Shown here piece by piece: positions 20,737 through 29,616 of a stretch of DNA of 64,000 nt. Each line of letters opens with the position of its first letter. Position 1 is the stretch's first letter. The notes below the pieces were generated by a model. It had not been told where the DNA came from. It worked only from the letters and a program-made list of their open reading frames with translations, and did not search any database. The translations under genes and the position numbers were made by a program. Source of the stretch: Promethearchaeota archaeon (GTDB lineage: Archaea > Asgardarchaeota > Lokiarchaeia > Sigyniarchaeales > SOKP01); contig JAGXNO010000005.1 of NCBI GenBank assembly GCA_019894975.1, positions 32,001 through 96,000 on the forward strand, in the 5' to 3' direction.

Positions 20737-21654
20737 ATGATTAAAGACGAGTCAGAATATAGTAAAGAAGAATTGGAACGTCTACTAAAGGAAAAGCAAG
20801 GAAATTTAGAAGAGCTAGAAAAAATTAGTAAGAATTCTATCTATATGAAAGAATTAAGTGATATCGCTTTGATACAGCTTCAGTTAGAACGTTATATTGA
20901 CTCAGAAAAGAATTACTTGATATGTCTAAAACATTTTGAATTGCAAAAAGATAGATTAGGACAAGCTAGTGTTTACGGGATATTAGGGACATTATTTTTT
21001 AAAATGGGTGATTATCTAAAATCTATAGATTATTATGAAAAAGCATACGAGATATCTGAAGACTTAATGCAAAATCAAGAGCAAATTATATGCTTAAAGG
21101 GAATTGGCGCAAATTTGATAAAATTAAACAAATTGGATGAAGCCTGTGACATTTTTTTTGATTGTAGTGCTTTATGTTCCGATAATAATGATATTTACAA
21201 CTTATTAGATTGTCTAGGAAACCTTATATTCATTCATGAAAAGGATGAAAAATGGGACGTTGTTTTTGAATTGTATATGAAAACATTAAAAGCTTTTAGA
21301 GAATTAGAAGACGCTAAAGGAATCATTACTTCGTATTATAACTTAGGAATACTTGAAAAGAGAAATAATAATATGAGGGAAGCTTTACGATATTTTAAAA
21401 AAGGTACTAACAATGCAATTGATTCTAACATTGCTGAATTAATTATTAAAGGATTAGGCTATGTTGGAGAATCTTTGTTTCATTTAGGAGAAATAAAGGA
21501 AGCAAAAAATCAATTCATTAAAGCTTTGTATTTAGCAAACAAAATTAATGCAGAGAATGCTAAAGCTCAGTTACGTATCTTACTTCAGTCACTTGGGTTA
21601 AATGATAAACAGATTACAGATGAATTAGAAGGGATTGATGAAAGCAGGAAATAG
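20737..21654 (+). CDS. Tetratricopeptide repeat protein
   Basis: ~40-aa helical repeats (LG.L....GDY.K...YYEKA; YNLG.L......EAL.YF). Confidence 0.85.
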   Translation: MIKDESEYSKEELERLLKEKQGNLEELEKISKNSIYMKELSDIALIQLQLERYIDSEKNYLICLKHFELQKDRLGQASVYGILGTLFFKMGDYLKSIDYYEKAYEISEDLMQNQEQIICLKGIGANLIKLNKLDEACDIFFDCSALCSDNNDIYNLLDCLGNLIFIHEKDEKWDVVFELYMKTLKAFRELEDAKGIITSYYNLGILEKRNNNMREALRYFKKGTNNAIDSNIAELIIKGLGYVGESLFHLGEIKEAKNQFIKALYLANKINAENAKAQLRILLQSLGLNDKQITDELEGIDESRK

Positions 21655-21658
21655 GATT

Positions 21659-22441
21659 TCATGAAAACTTTGAAAAATCAGGTTTTCTTTTTTCAAAAAA
21701 TGCTTTAAAAGCTTCCTGAGCTTCAGGAGATCTCTGTCGTCTTAAAAATTCAGTCATTTCAGCAGGCATTAGTTTTTCAAGAATCCCCGCATAGTATTTT
21801 TTAATATACGCTTTTATTTGTCGTAAAGCCTCTGGAGGTTTTTCTGCTAACCTTTCAGCTAAAAGAATTACTTCACTTATAAGGGCATTTTCTGGATAGA
21901 TTTTGTTTACCATTCCAATTTCTTGAGCTTCTTCAGCACTAAACCAATCTCCAAAGAAAAATAATTCCGCCGCTCGTTGACGTCCAATTAATTCTGGTAG
22001 TAGAAATGTGGATCCAATCTCAGGGATTAATCCTAAATTAACAAATGGAAATTGAAACCTAGTACCCTCAGCAGCATATACTAAATCAAAATGTAATAGC
22101 ATAGTAACTCCCACCCCAATTGCATATCCGTGCACAGCAGCTAGTATCGGTTTCCTAGATTTTAAAAGTAAATCTATCCAACTTCTAGTTGGCTGGGTTC
22201 TTGGTCCAGGATCCAGATCTTGAAAATCTTTTAAATCATTTCCTGCGCAAAAACATTTTCCATTACCATAGATTAAAATAACCCTAATTTTTGGATCAAT
22301 TTCGGCTCTTTCTATTCCTTCAGCAAGTCCATCATACATAACTCTTGTGAGAGCATTCCTTTTCGCGTCTCTATTAAAAATTATCTGAAATACTCCTTTT
22401 TCGGATTTAAATATGATTTGATCATCCAATTTCATAAGCAT
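21659..22441 (-). CDS. Crotonase-family enoyl-CoA hydratase/isomerase (delta3-delta2 isomerase-like)
   Basis: FCAGNDL, AVHGYAIGVG, PFVNLGLIPE, AFFEKRKPDF. Confidence 0.9.
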   Translation of the reverse strand: MLMKLDDQIIFKSEKGVFQIIFNRDAKRNALTRVMYDGLAEGIERAEIDPKIRVILIYGNGKCFCAGNDLKDFQDLDPGPRTQPTRSWIDLLLKSRKPILAAVHGYAIGVGVTMLLHFDLVYAAEGTRFQFPFVNLGLIPEIGSTFLLPELIGRQRAAELFFFGDWFSAEEAQEIGMVNKIYPENALISEVILLAERLAEKPPEALRQIKAYIKKYYAGILEKLMPAEMTEFLRRQRSPEAQEAFKAFFEKRKPDFSKFS

Positions 22442-22608
22442 AGTTCTAAATATTTTTGATATAATAATAGTAAGTATAGCATTATTTTAAAGAAGAAAGA
22501 TTTAGAAAATAAACATTTAAATCAGACAATAACTTCTTTAAGTTCTTATTTAATTACAAGCTCAGATGACTCATAGAGAGAGACTTTACAACCTGTTATT
22601 TCAAAAAC

Positions 22609-22761
22609 TTATTTATTATAATTTTTATAATCTACTTTTTCTGCTTTTCTGAGAGAATCTGCAGCTCCACATTTATCACAGTATTCTTGTTTTGTGTGTG
22701 CAAATTCCCCACATTTATTACAGATATAAGGATAAGTTCTCTTGAAAAGTTTTGTGTCCAA
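22609..22761 (-). CDS. 50-aa zinc-ribbon/rubredoxin-like microprotein (not in ORF track)
   Basis: Manual translation from TTG: MDTKLFKRTYPYICNKCGEFAHTKQEYCDKCGAADSLRKAEKVDYKNYNK*; two CxxCG knuckles. Confidence 0.75.
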   Translation of the reverse strand: MDTKLFKRTYPYICNKCGEFAHTKQEYCDKCGAADSLRKAEKVDYKNYNK

Positions 22762-23079
22762 AATTATTCACTGCTTAGTACTCTTTTCATGTTAAAAAAA
22801 ATTGATCAGTAAAAAGTTTTTGTATGATTTTATAATTCTTTCAAGATACAAAGTTACATATGAAATTCTGAAGAAATATTACAAAAATTATCTATATTAG
22901 CTTTTTGTGAAGAAAATCCCTAAATTATGAATCATTCAATAATACTGGATACTCCGGAAGGATTTATCTTCATTTAAGATAATGGCTTTAATGATATTTC
23001 TTTTAATTAATTATAAATAAGCTAATTTTCATTTTTTAATAAAGCTATTTTAGAAAAAAAATTTAAAATTTTAATATCT

Positions 23080-24501
23080 ATGAAAATTTGCCCTTACTGT
23101 AGCCAATTAATTGAAGATAACCATCCTTATTGCCCAAATTGCAACAAACCTTTAATTTCAAATTTAGAGAAATCCGTAGATAAAAACGTTAATCTTGAAT
23201 CTAGTGAATCTGACCCTTTTTCTTTTGATGTGGATGAGCAAGATGAAATATATGAGGAGACAATCATAAAAGATGATGAAATAGATCGGAAAATACAGGA
23301 AATTGATGAAGTCTTAGAAAGAAATGAAATTTTAGGGGATCCTATACCAGGATCATTGCTACTAGAGAAATCGAGTTTATATTACAAAAAAAGAGATTTA
23401 CCTAATGCTTTAAGAAATCTTGAATTAGCCTTAAGAAATTTTGAAGAGGAAGATGATTTATTTAATGTAGCAATTTGTCATAATGAAATTGGACTAATGC
23501 AAGAAGACACAGGATATTTTGATCAAGCTATTTATCATTTTAATAGATCTCTTGAAATTCTTAAAGAGGTAAATGACAACCAAAAAGTTATCAAAGTTCT
23601 AAATAATTTAGGAAATATTTATTATTCAATTAAAGATTTAGAACATTCTTACAAATTTTATCAAGAAGCTCTTGATATATCTAAACAAGAAAATCTAATT
23701 TATGAAGAAGTAAAAACTTCAAGCAATTTAGTCGAAGTTCTTTACTTACTTAAGGATTATGATCGAATTAAGAGAATTTTAGCCCGGAATTTTGAATTTT
23801 TCGAGCAAGAAGAAGATGGTTATGGAATAATCGCAACTAAAATAAAATATGGCAAACTATATTACTATATAGGAACGGACTACGATTTAGCAAGTGAGGA
23901 GCTTAAAATGGCCTTACAATTAATAGAAAGGGTCGATAATAGTCTTTCCGTTTTTATTAGGGCGAAATTGGAATGGGAATGTTACCTATACCTTGGAAGA
24001 ATAAATTTAATGTGGAATAATCTTGATTTTGCTGAAAATTACTTTGTTAAAAGCCTTGAAGCTGTCAGAATATTCGAAATTGGCGAAAATATTAATGAAG
24101 GACAAGTAATAGAAAATTTAGCTGAATTATATAATACAAAAGGGGAAACTGAAAAAAGTAATGAATATTATAACCTTTCTTGCGAAATTTACTATAAATT
24201 CGGAAATAATAAGAAATGCGCTCAAATCAAAATTAAAATCAGTGAAAATTATCTAAATATTGACGATAAGTCAACAGCAATAAAGATTTTACACGAAGCT
24301 TTAGATATTTATGAAAATCTCCGTTATACAAAAGAACTTGCAGACATACACGATAAATTGGGAGACATTTATATTAGTAAAAGAAGTTCTGATATTGCGC
24401 TAGAACATTATGAAAAAGCACGAGTTTATTATTTTGAACTTGAAGATGAAGATAGCCTGAGGATAATCGAAGGGAAAATTAAGTCTTTACAGAATGATTA
24501 A
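23080..24501 (+). CDS. Zinc-ribbon plus TPR repeat protein
   Basis: N-terminal CPYC..CPNC, acidic linker, multiple TPR-like repeats. Confidence 0.85.
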   Translation: MKICPYCSQLIEDNHPYCPNCNKPLISNLEKSVDKNVNLESSESDPFSFDVDEQDEIYEETIIKDDEIDRKIQEIDEVLERNEILGDPIPGSLLLEKSSLYYKKRDLPNALRNLELALRNFEEEDDLFNVAICHNEIGLMQEDTGYFDQAIYHFNRSLEILKEVNDNQKVIKVLNNLGNIYYSIKDLEHSYKFYQEALDISKQENLIYEEVKTSSNLVEVLYLLKDYDRIKRILARNFEFFEQEEDGYGIIATKIKYGKLYYYIGTDYDLASEELKMALQLIERVDNSLSVFIRAKLEWECYLYLGRINLMWNNLDFAENYFVKSLEAVRIFEIGENINEGQVIENLAELYNTKGETEKSNEYYNLSCEIYYKFGNNKKCAQIKIKISENYLNIDDKSTAIKILHEALDIYENLRYTKELADIHDKLGDIYISKRSSDIALEHYEKARVYYFELEDEDSLRIIEGKIKSLQND

Positions 24502-24504
24502 TCC

Positions 24505-25188
24505 TTAATTAATTTCAAAATCTTCTTTTTTGTACACTTTTCTCTCGTATTCTTCAAATCCAATACCATTCATGAATGCATATGAACGTAAATTATCTCT
24601 ATATACTTCTGCTCTAATTTCTTTCACATTATTATAATTTTCCTTTATAAAATTCCATATATAAGCACCTAATATTTTACCTAAACCCCTTCTTTGGAAT
24701 CTGGGGATTACTGCTAACGCTGCAATTATTGCATATTCATTTTGTTCTCCCTCAAAATCAAGCAGAACGAAAGCTGCATCAATACCGTAAACTTTTGCTA
24801 TAAGAAAAACAGTTTCTGGATGTTCAAGAATAGTTGACAGATCAGTTTTTGTTATAGGACGAAAGGGAGTATTACTCGTTAACCAAGCTCGATTATAAAT
24901 GTTTTTAAGACTCTCTAGATCTTCCTTTTTCGCCTGTCGAATTTTTGCTTTAAGGATATTGTGTTCTACTTTTTGTTTTAACTCCTCTTCAAACTCTTTG
25001 GTGATATCTTTAACCGAAAGTTTCATTTGGATATAAACCATCCCATCTTTATAGAGTTCTTCTACTTTCTCATCAACAATATCCTTATGTTTTTTTTTCT
25101 TTTCTATTGAGAGAAATAACGCTCTAATTCTTCTCTTTTTAAGATCAACTTTTTTACTACGCTCTAGTTTAGATCCAAACATAATCAA
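24505..25188 (-). CDS. GNAT family N-acetyltransferase
   Basis: IRQAKKEDL, acetyl-CoA motif LAVIPRFQRRGLG, N..S..F...GF. Confidence 0.87.
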   Translation of the reverse strand: MIMFGSKLERSKKVDLKKRRIRALFLSIEKKKKHKDIVDEKVEELYKDGMVYIQMKLSVKDITKEFEEELKQKVEHNILKAKIRQAKKEDLESLKNIYNRAWLTSNTPFRPITKTDLSTILEHPETVFLIAKVYGIDAAFVLLDFEGEQNEYAIIAALAVIPRFQRRGLGKILGAYIWNFIKENYNNVKEIRAEVYRDNLRSYAFMNGIGFEEYERKVYKKEDFEIN

Positions 25189-25206
25189 TAAATTAGAATT
25201 TCAGAA

Positions 25207-26835
25207 TTAAGGTAATAAATTTAATTTTTCTCGGATTTTATTTTCAATGCTTTCAGTAATGAGAATACTCTCTTTTAATTTTGAGATACCAAGTTGTATT
25301 TTCTTCTTGAGATTAACGTCTTTTATCAAATTTTTTCTTTCAGATGAGAATTCAAAATTAGATCTTACTGCCATATTATCTTCAATGATTTCACCTAAAG
25401 AGTTTTTTAATTTCATCATGGGATCTGATATATTTACATAAATATTGTTTGGATCGTTTGTGACATACCCCGGAAATAAAATATTCATATATTCTTCTGT
25501 TTCTTTTTCAATAAACATTACATATATAGGCATATAAATCCATTGAATCGGTCTTGAAAACAATTCTGATTGAGTATCCGTCAATGACCACTTAATTAAC
25601 TCTTGGGCTTCTTGATGACATGCATTATGTTTAATTCGTATTATTTCCTTTATATTGGTAAATATAGTTTCAATCCTTTCTGATTGTGTTTTTAACTCCG
25701 CAATTTTTTCTTCTTTTTCGATCCCAAATTCAGATAATAATTTGTCTCTATCTTTTAATTTTACATCCTGTGATTCTCTAAATTCTTCTAGTTTACTATT
25801 AGCTTCTTGATCTATTTGATTAGCCCTCTCTTTCAGTTCAATAAATCTTTGTTGTAGAACTTCAAGTGATTTTAAAAAATTCTCTCCTTCGGCTTTTAAA
25901 TAATTAAAATGATTCTGGAAATGAGGTAAAATATCTGTGAAAACTCTACTCTTAAGAGTATCGCTATTAACGAAAAATTTATTCTTTTTAAGTATCTCCT
26001 CAAGATTTCTCTCAGATGTTTTAAACAATGTTGACATGCCCTCAATTATTTTTTTTTTCTCTTCTACATTCCATTGATCTATCTTATCTTGCTCCAATTT
26101 TCTTTTATGATCAATTTGAGAGGGATCTATCGTCGAAGATGCTTTATTGATTTGGCTTGAATATCTAGTATCAAGATCCTTCAGCTGTACATTTAAATCT
26201 ACTAACCATTTAGTAACTTCCTTTTCTATTAATTCCACCTGAGTATTCCATCTATAAGCGTTTCCCTTCATTGTATTGATTATATTCCGATAATTCTCTG
26301 CAATAGTTAATGCATTTTCCGTAGTAATACTATGATCTAACACAGTATAATCAATAATAGGTTTGTAATCTGTCAAGGGGATTATTTTTGTTAATGTTTG
26401 AAGAAATTCTGGATTTATTAAACCATCCAGCTTGAGTGAATGATATTCAGACTCTTCTCCCTCTCCTAATTCTTCTGCTTCTGTATCTTTATAAGTTAAA
26501 ATTTCAATTAACTTATTTAATTCTTCTAATTTTGTTCTATTTTCAACATTTCGTAGAATATGACCAACTAAGGGCTGACGGGGAGGGTTTGAAAACTTAT
26601 CACTCTTTCTAAAAAGACCTAATCCATCCAGCATAATATGAGTAGCAATAACTCCTTGGATACTTAATATAGGCCAAAGAAGTCTTGAAAAGGAAACAAT
26701 TTTTTCGTTTATACCTAATTCTTTCGTTAAAAGATAAAATGCAAGTGCTAATTCATCATTTCCTTGAATAAAAGAACGCTTTGTATTTTTATCTATAAAA
26801 AGAGGTAATAAATATTGGTTACCGTGTACAGACAA
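25207..26835 (-). CDS. Uncharacterised long coiled-coil protein with globular N- and C-termini
   Basis: E/K/Q-rich heptads over roughly aa 170-420; alpha/beta-like ends (LLWP; IYMPIYV); AGGAG before the TTG start. Confidence 0.75.
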   Translation of the reverse strand: MSVHGNQYLLPLFIDKNTKRSFIQGNDELALAFYLLTKELGINEKIVSFSRLLWPILSIQGVIATHIMLDGLGLFRKSDKFSNPPRQPLVGHILRNVENRTKLEELNKLIEILTYKDTEAEELGEGEESEYHSLKLDGLINPEFLQTLTKIIPLTDYKPIIDYTVLDHSITTENALTIAENYRNIINTMKGNAYRWNTQVELIEKEVTKWLVDLNVQLKDLDTRYSSQINKASSTIDPSQIDHKRKLEQDKIDQWNVEEKKKIIEGMSTLFKTSERNLEEILKKNKFFVNSDTLKSRVFTDILPHFQNHFNYLKAEGENFLKSLEVLQQRFIELKERANQIDQEANSKLEEFRESQDVKLKDRDKLLSEFGIEKEEKIAELKTQSERIETIFTNIKEIIRIKHNACHQEAQELIKWSLTDTQSELFSRPIQWIYMPIYVMFIEKETEEYMNILFPGYVTNDPNNIYVNISDPMMKLKNSLGEIIEDNMAVRSNFEFSSERKNLIKDVNLKKKIQLGISKLKESILITESIENKIREKLNLLP

Positions 26836-27012
26836 GAATATTCTCCTACTTTATAAATTGTTTTATTAAAAAATAAATCTAAATATATTAAATTTATAGT
26901 GATTCGGTTTTAAAATTTTAATCTTTTTTTAGAAAATAATAAAAAACTAGGTGCTCAATTATTATAGATTTGTCTTTAAGTAAGAAAAATAGGAGAATTT
27001 ATCCTTATGAGA

Positions 27013-27873
27013 TTATTTGAGTTGTTCATAGTTATTAGCCATTACCAATATGAGGAGTGCTAACAATATTAATAATGTTGGTAATATCGCCTTAACATGA
27101 GGTAAATCTGCTACGTCAAGTGCGCCCTGTAATATCCTTCCTCCTATGAAATACAAAAGGAACCCAATAGCGTTTAAAGCATAAGATTTTCTTAATACTC
27201 CAAAAGTTTTCCAGGCAAGATATACAAAGATAAATGGAATTAATGCTAAGAATAACGGCATAAAAATGAAATTAAACAATAATCTCCCGAGAGGATATTC
27301 CCATGAACCAATTTTCACAGTGATAATATTAGGGGATATACCATATTGGCTTGGAAAATCTGGATCCATAAAAAGCAGTTCAGATAACGATAATGAAAGA
27401 ATTCCTATAACAACAGGAACGATAACTAGGGCTAAACGAACTAGTAATTTAATGTTATTTTTATTTCTGAACCAATCTTCAACAGATTTACTTTTATCTT
27501 TGTTTTTTTCAATCTGAGTATCTGGAGGAAATAATAATATTCCCAACACCCCAACAGCACAAGCAGTACCAACCCAGGTAAAAAATGTTGCTAATCGATA
27601 GTTAATCATTAAAAATTCTACTACTTCCGCCCCATTACCTACATCAAATAATTCTGGGCCGAAGAAATAATATATTATGAAAAATACTCTCGCAATCCCA
27701 AAACACAAAAAGAACAAACTAAAGAATAGCCAGTATATTTTTTTTGTTGTTCGAAACCTTATGAATAGGAAGTAGAAAAACAATAGAAAGAAATACCCGA
27801 CGATTATAAAATATAACCCTAATTCGAGAGCGTCCCAAAACCCAAAATATTGAAAAGTATCTTGAAACAACAT
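27013..27873 (-). CDS. ~7-TM membrane protein
   Basis: About seven hydrophobic segments; FFLCFGIARVFF; no soluble output domain. Confidence 0.75.
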   Translation of the reverse strand: MLFQDTFQYFGFWDALELGLYFIIVGYFFLLFFYFLFIRFRTTKKIYWLFFSLFFLCFGIARVFFIIYYFFGPELFDVGNGAEVVEFLMINYRLATFFTWVGTACAVGVLGILLFPPDTQIEKNKDKSKSVEDWFRNKNNIKLLVRLALVIVPVVIGILSLSLSELLFMDPDFPSQYGISPNIITVKIGSWEYPLGRLLFNFIFMPLFLALIPFIFVYLAWKTFGVLRKSYALNAIGFLLYFIGGRILQGALDVADLPHVKAILPTLLILLALLILVMANNYEQLK

Positions 27874-27991
27874 AATATATCATTCATTTTAATCATTTTA
27901 AATAATATTATTATCTTTTAGTTGTATAAAAATTTATTTTAATTTTGATTTTAATCAAATACAAATATTATCAATTACTTTAAAAATCTAT

Positions 27992-29479
27992 ATGAAAATC
28001 GAGAATAGCATTGAGACGTTTAACTCATTAGTAAAACGTCGTGGGTTCATTTGGGGGCCATCCCCCGAAATTTATGGTGGATTTGCAGGATTTTATTCAT
28101 ACGGTCCGGCAGGGATGGCTCTAAAGAATAATGTGTTAGATCTATTTAGACAGGAATGTCGTTATTTTGGTTTTGGGGAGGTTGAGTGCCCAACGGTCTT
28201 ACCAAGTATCGTTTGGGAAGCTTCGGGGCACTTAGAAAGATTTATTGATCCTGTAATCAGATGTAATAAATGCAATACAATGTATCGGGCAGATAAATTT
28301 CTTCAAGAAAACCTTCCAAATCTTATGATTGATGGTTTATCATTTGAGGAAATGGAGAATTTAATTAAAAAACATGAATTAACTTGTCCTAAATGCGGTA
28401 ATCCTTTCCAAAATATTGAAGAATATAATTTGATGCTTAAAACATCTGTAGGAAACAATGTAACAGCATATTTACGACCTGAAACAGCTACTACAACATA
28501 TTTACTCTTCAATCGATTGGATCAAGATGCACGAAGACAATATCCTATTAAAGTCTACCAATTTGGTAAAGCTTATAGAAATGAGATCTCACCTAGACAA
28601 GGGGTTCTACGAATGAGATCTTTCGACCAATTCGAACTACAAATGTTTATCAGTAAAGAACAGGAAATGCAGTTTGAGGATTATGAAGAAGTGAAAAATA
28701 TCAAACTACCCCTATTAGACTGGAAACTTCAAGAAAAAGGAATAAATAAGCCTAAACTTATTTCTCTTGATACAGCTATAACAAATAAGACTCTTAAAAA
28801 ACCTGCTTACGCCTATTGCCTATACGTGGCGCATTACTTAACAACAATTTTGGATATTCCACAAGAATTAATTAGATTTAGACAACACTCAATTAATGAA
28901 AGAGCTCATTATGCCGACGATGCGTGGGATTTAGAAATTAAAACAAGACAATTTGGGTGGGTTGAGATATGTGGTATCCATGATAGAACTGATTATGATT
29001 TGAAACGGCATGCTGAATATTCGAAGCAGAATTTTGAAGTGCAAATGAGTTCTGATTCAAATGTCAAGGAAACACCTCAAGTTCTTGAGATTGCCTTTGG
29101 TATTGATAGAATTTTATATTGTTTACTCGAAACTACTTTTAATGTTGATCAGGGAAGAATTATATTAAAATTGAATTCAAGATTGGCACCAAATACGGTA
29201 GCAGTATTTCCGCTTGTTCGGAATAAAGAGGATATCAAAATCTTGTCATTGAAGGTCCACAGAGAGTTATTAGAAAATCGAATAGGCTCTTTTTATGATT
29301 CTGCTGGATCTATAGGTAAAAGATATCGAAGACAGGATGAGATAGGTACAAAATGGTGTGTTACTATAGACTATGAGTCTTTAGAAGATAAAAAAGCTAC
29401 CCTTAGAGATCGAGATTCGATGGACCAATCTCGGATTGATATTTCAGATCTTTCAGAAATAATAAAAATGAAACAATGA
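27992..29479 (+). CDS. glyS: Glycine--tRNA ligase (alpha2, archaeal/eukaryotic type)
   Basis: RRGF, EIYGG, YLRPETA, YRNEISPRQG.LR.R.F.Q, AHYA, GSIGKRYRRQDEIGT. Confidence 0.95.
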   Translation: MKIENSIETFNSLVKRRGFIWGPSPEIYGGFAGFYSYGPAGMALKNNVLDLFRQECRYFGFGEVECPTVLPSIVWEASGHLERFIDPVIRCNKCNTMYRADKFLQENLPNLMIDGLSFEEMENLIKKHELTCPKCGNPFQNIEEYNLMLKTSVGNNVTAYLRPETATTTYLLFNRLDQDARRQYPIKVYQFGKAYRNEISPRQGVLRMRSFDQFELQMFISKEQEMQFEDYEEVKNIKLPLLDWKLQEKGINKPKLISLDTAITNKTLKKPAYAYCLYVAHYLTTILDIPQELIRFRQHSINERAHYADDAWDLEIKTRQFGWVEICGIHDRTDYDLKRHAEYSKQNFEVQMSSDSNVKETPQVLEIAFGIDRILYCLLETTFNVDQGRIILKLNSRLAPNTVAVFPLVRNKEDIKILSLKVHRELLENRIGSFYDSAGSIGKRYRRQDEIGTKWCVTIDYESLEDKKATLRDRDSMDQSRIDISDLSEIIKMKQ

Positions 29480-29616
29480 GAATAAATCCATATATTTTTG
29501 CTTAATATTCTGATCTTTTTGATCCTTTCAGAAAAAATTTTAAAGAGAAGGATTTTTTAAAAATATAATTTAAAAATTAAACTATTAATTAAAATATACG
29601 TCTTGTTTAATCTGAA

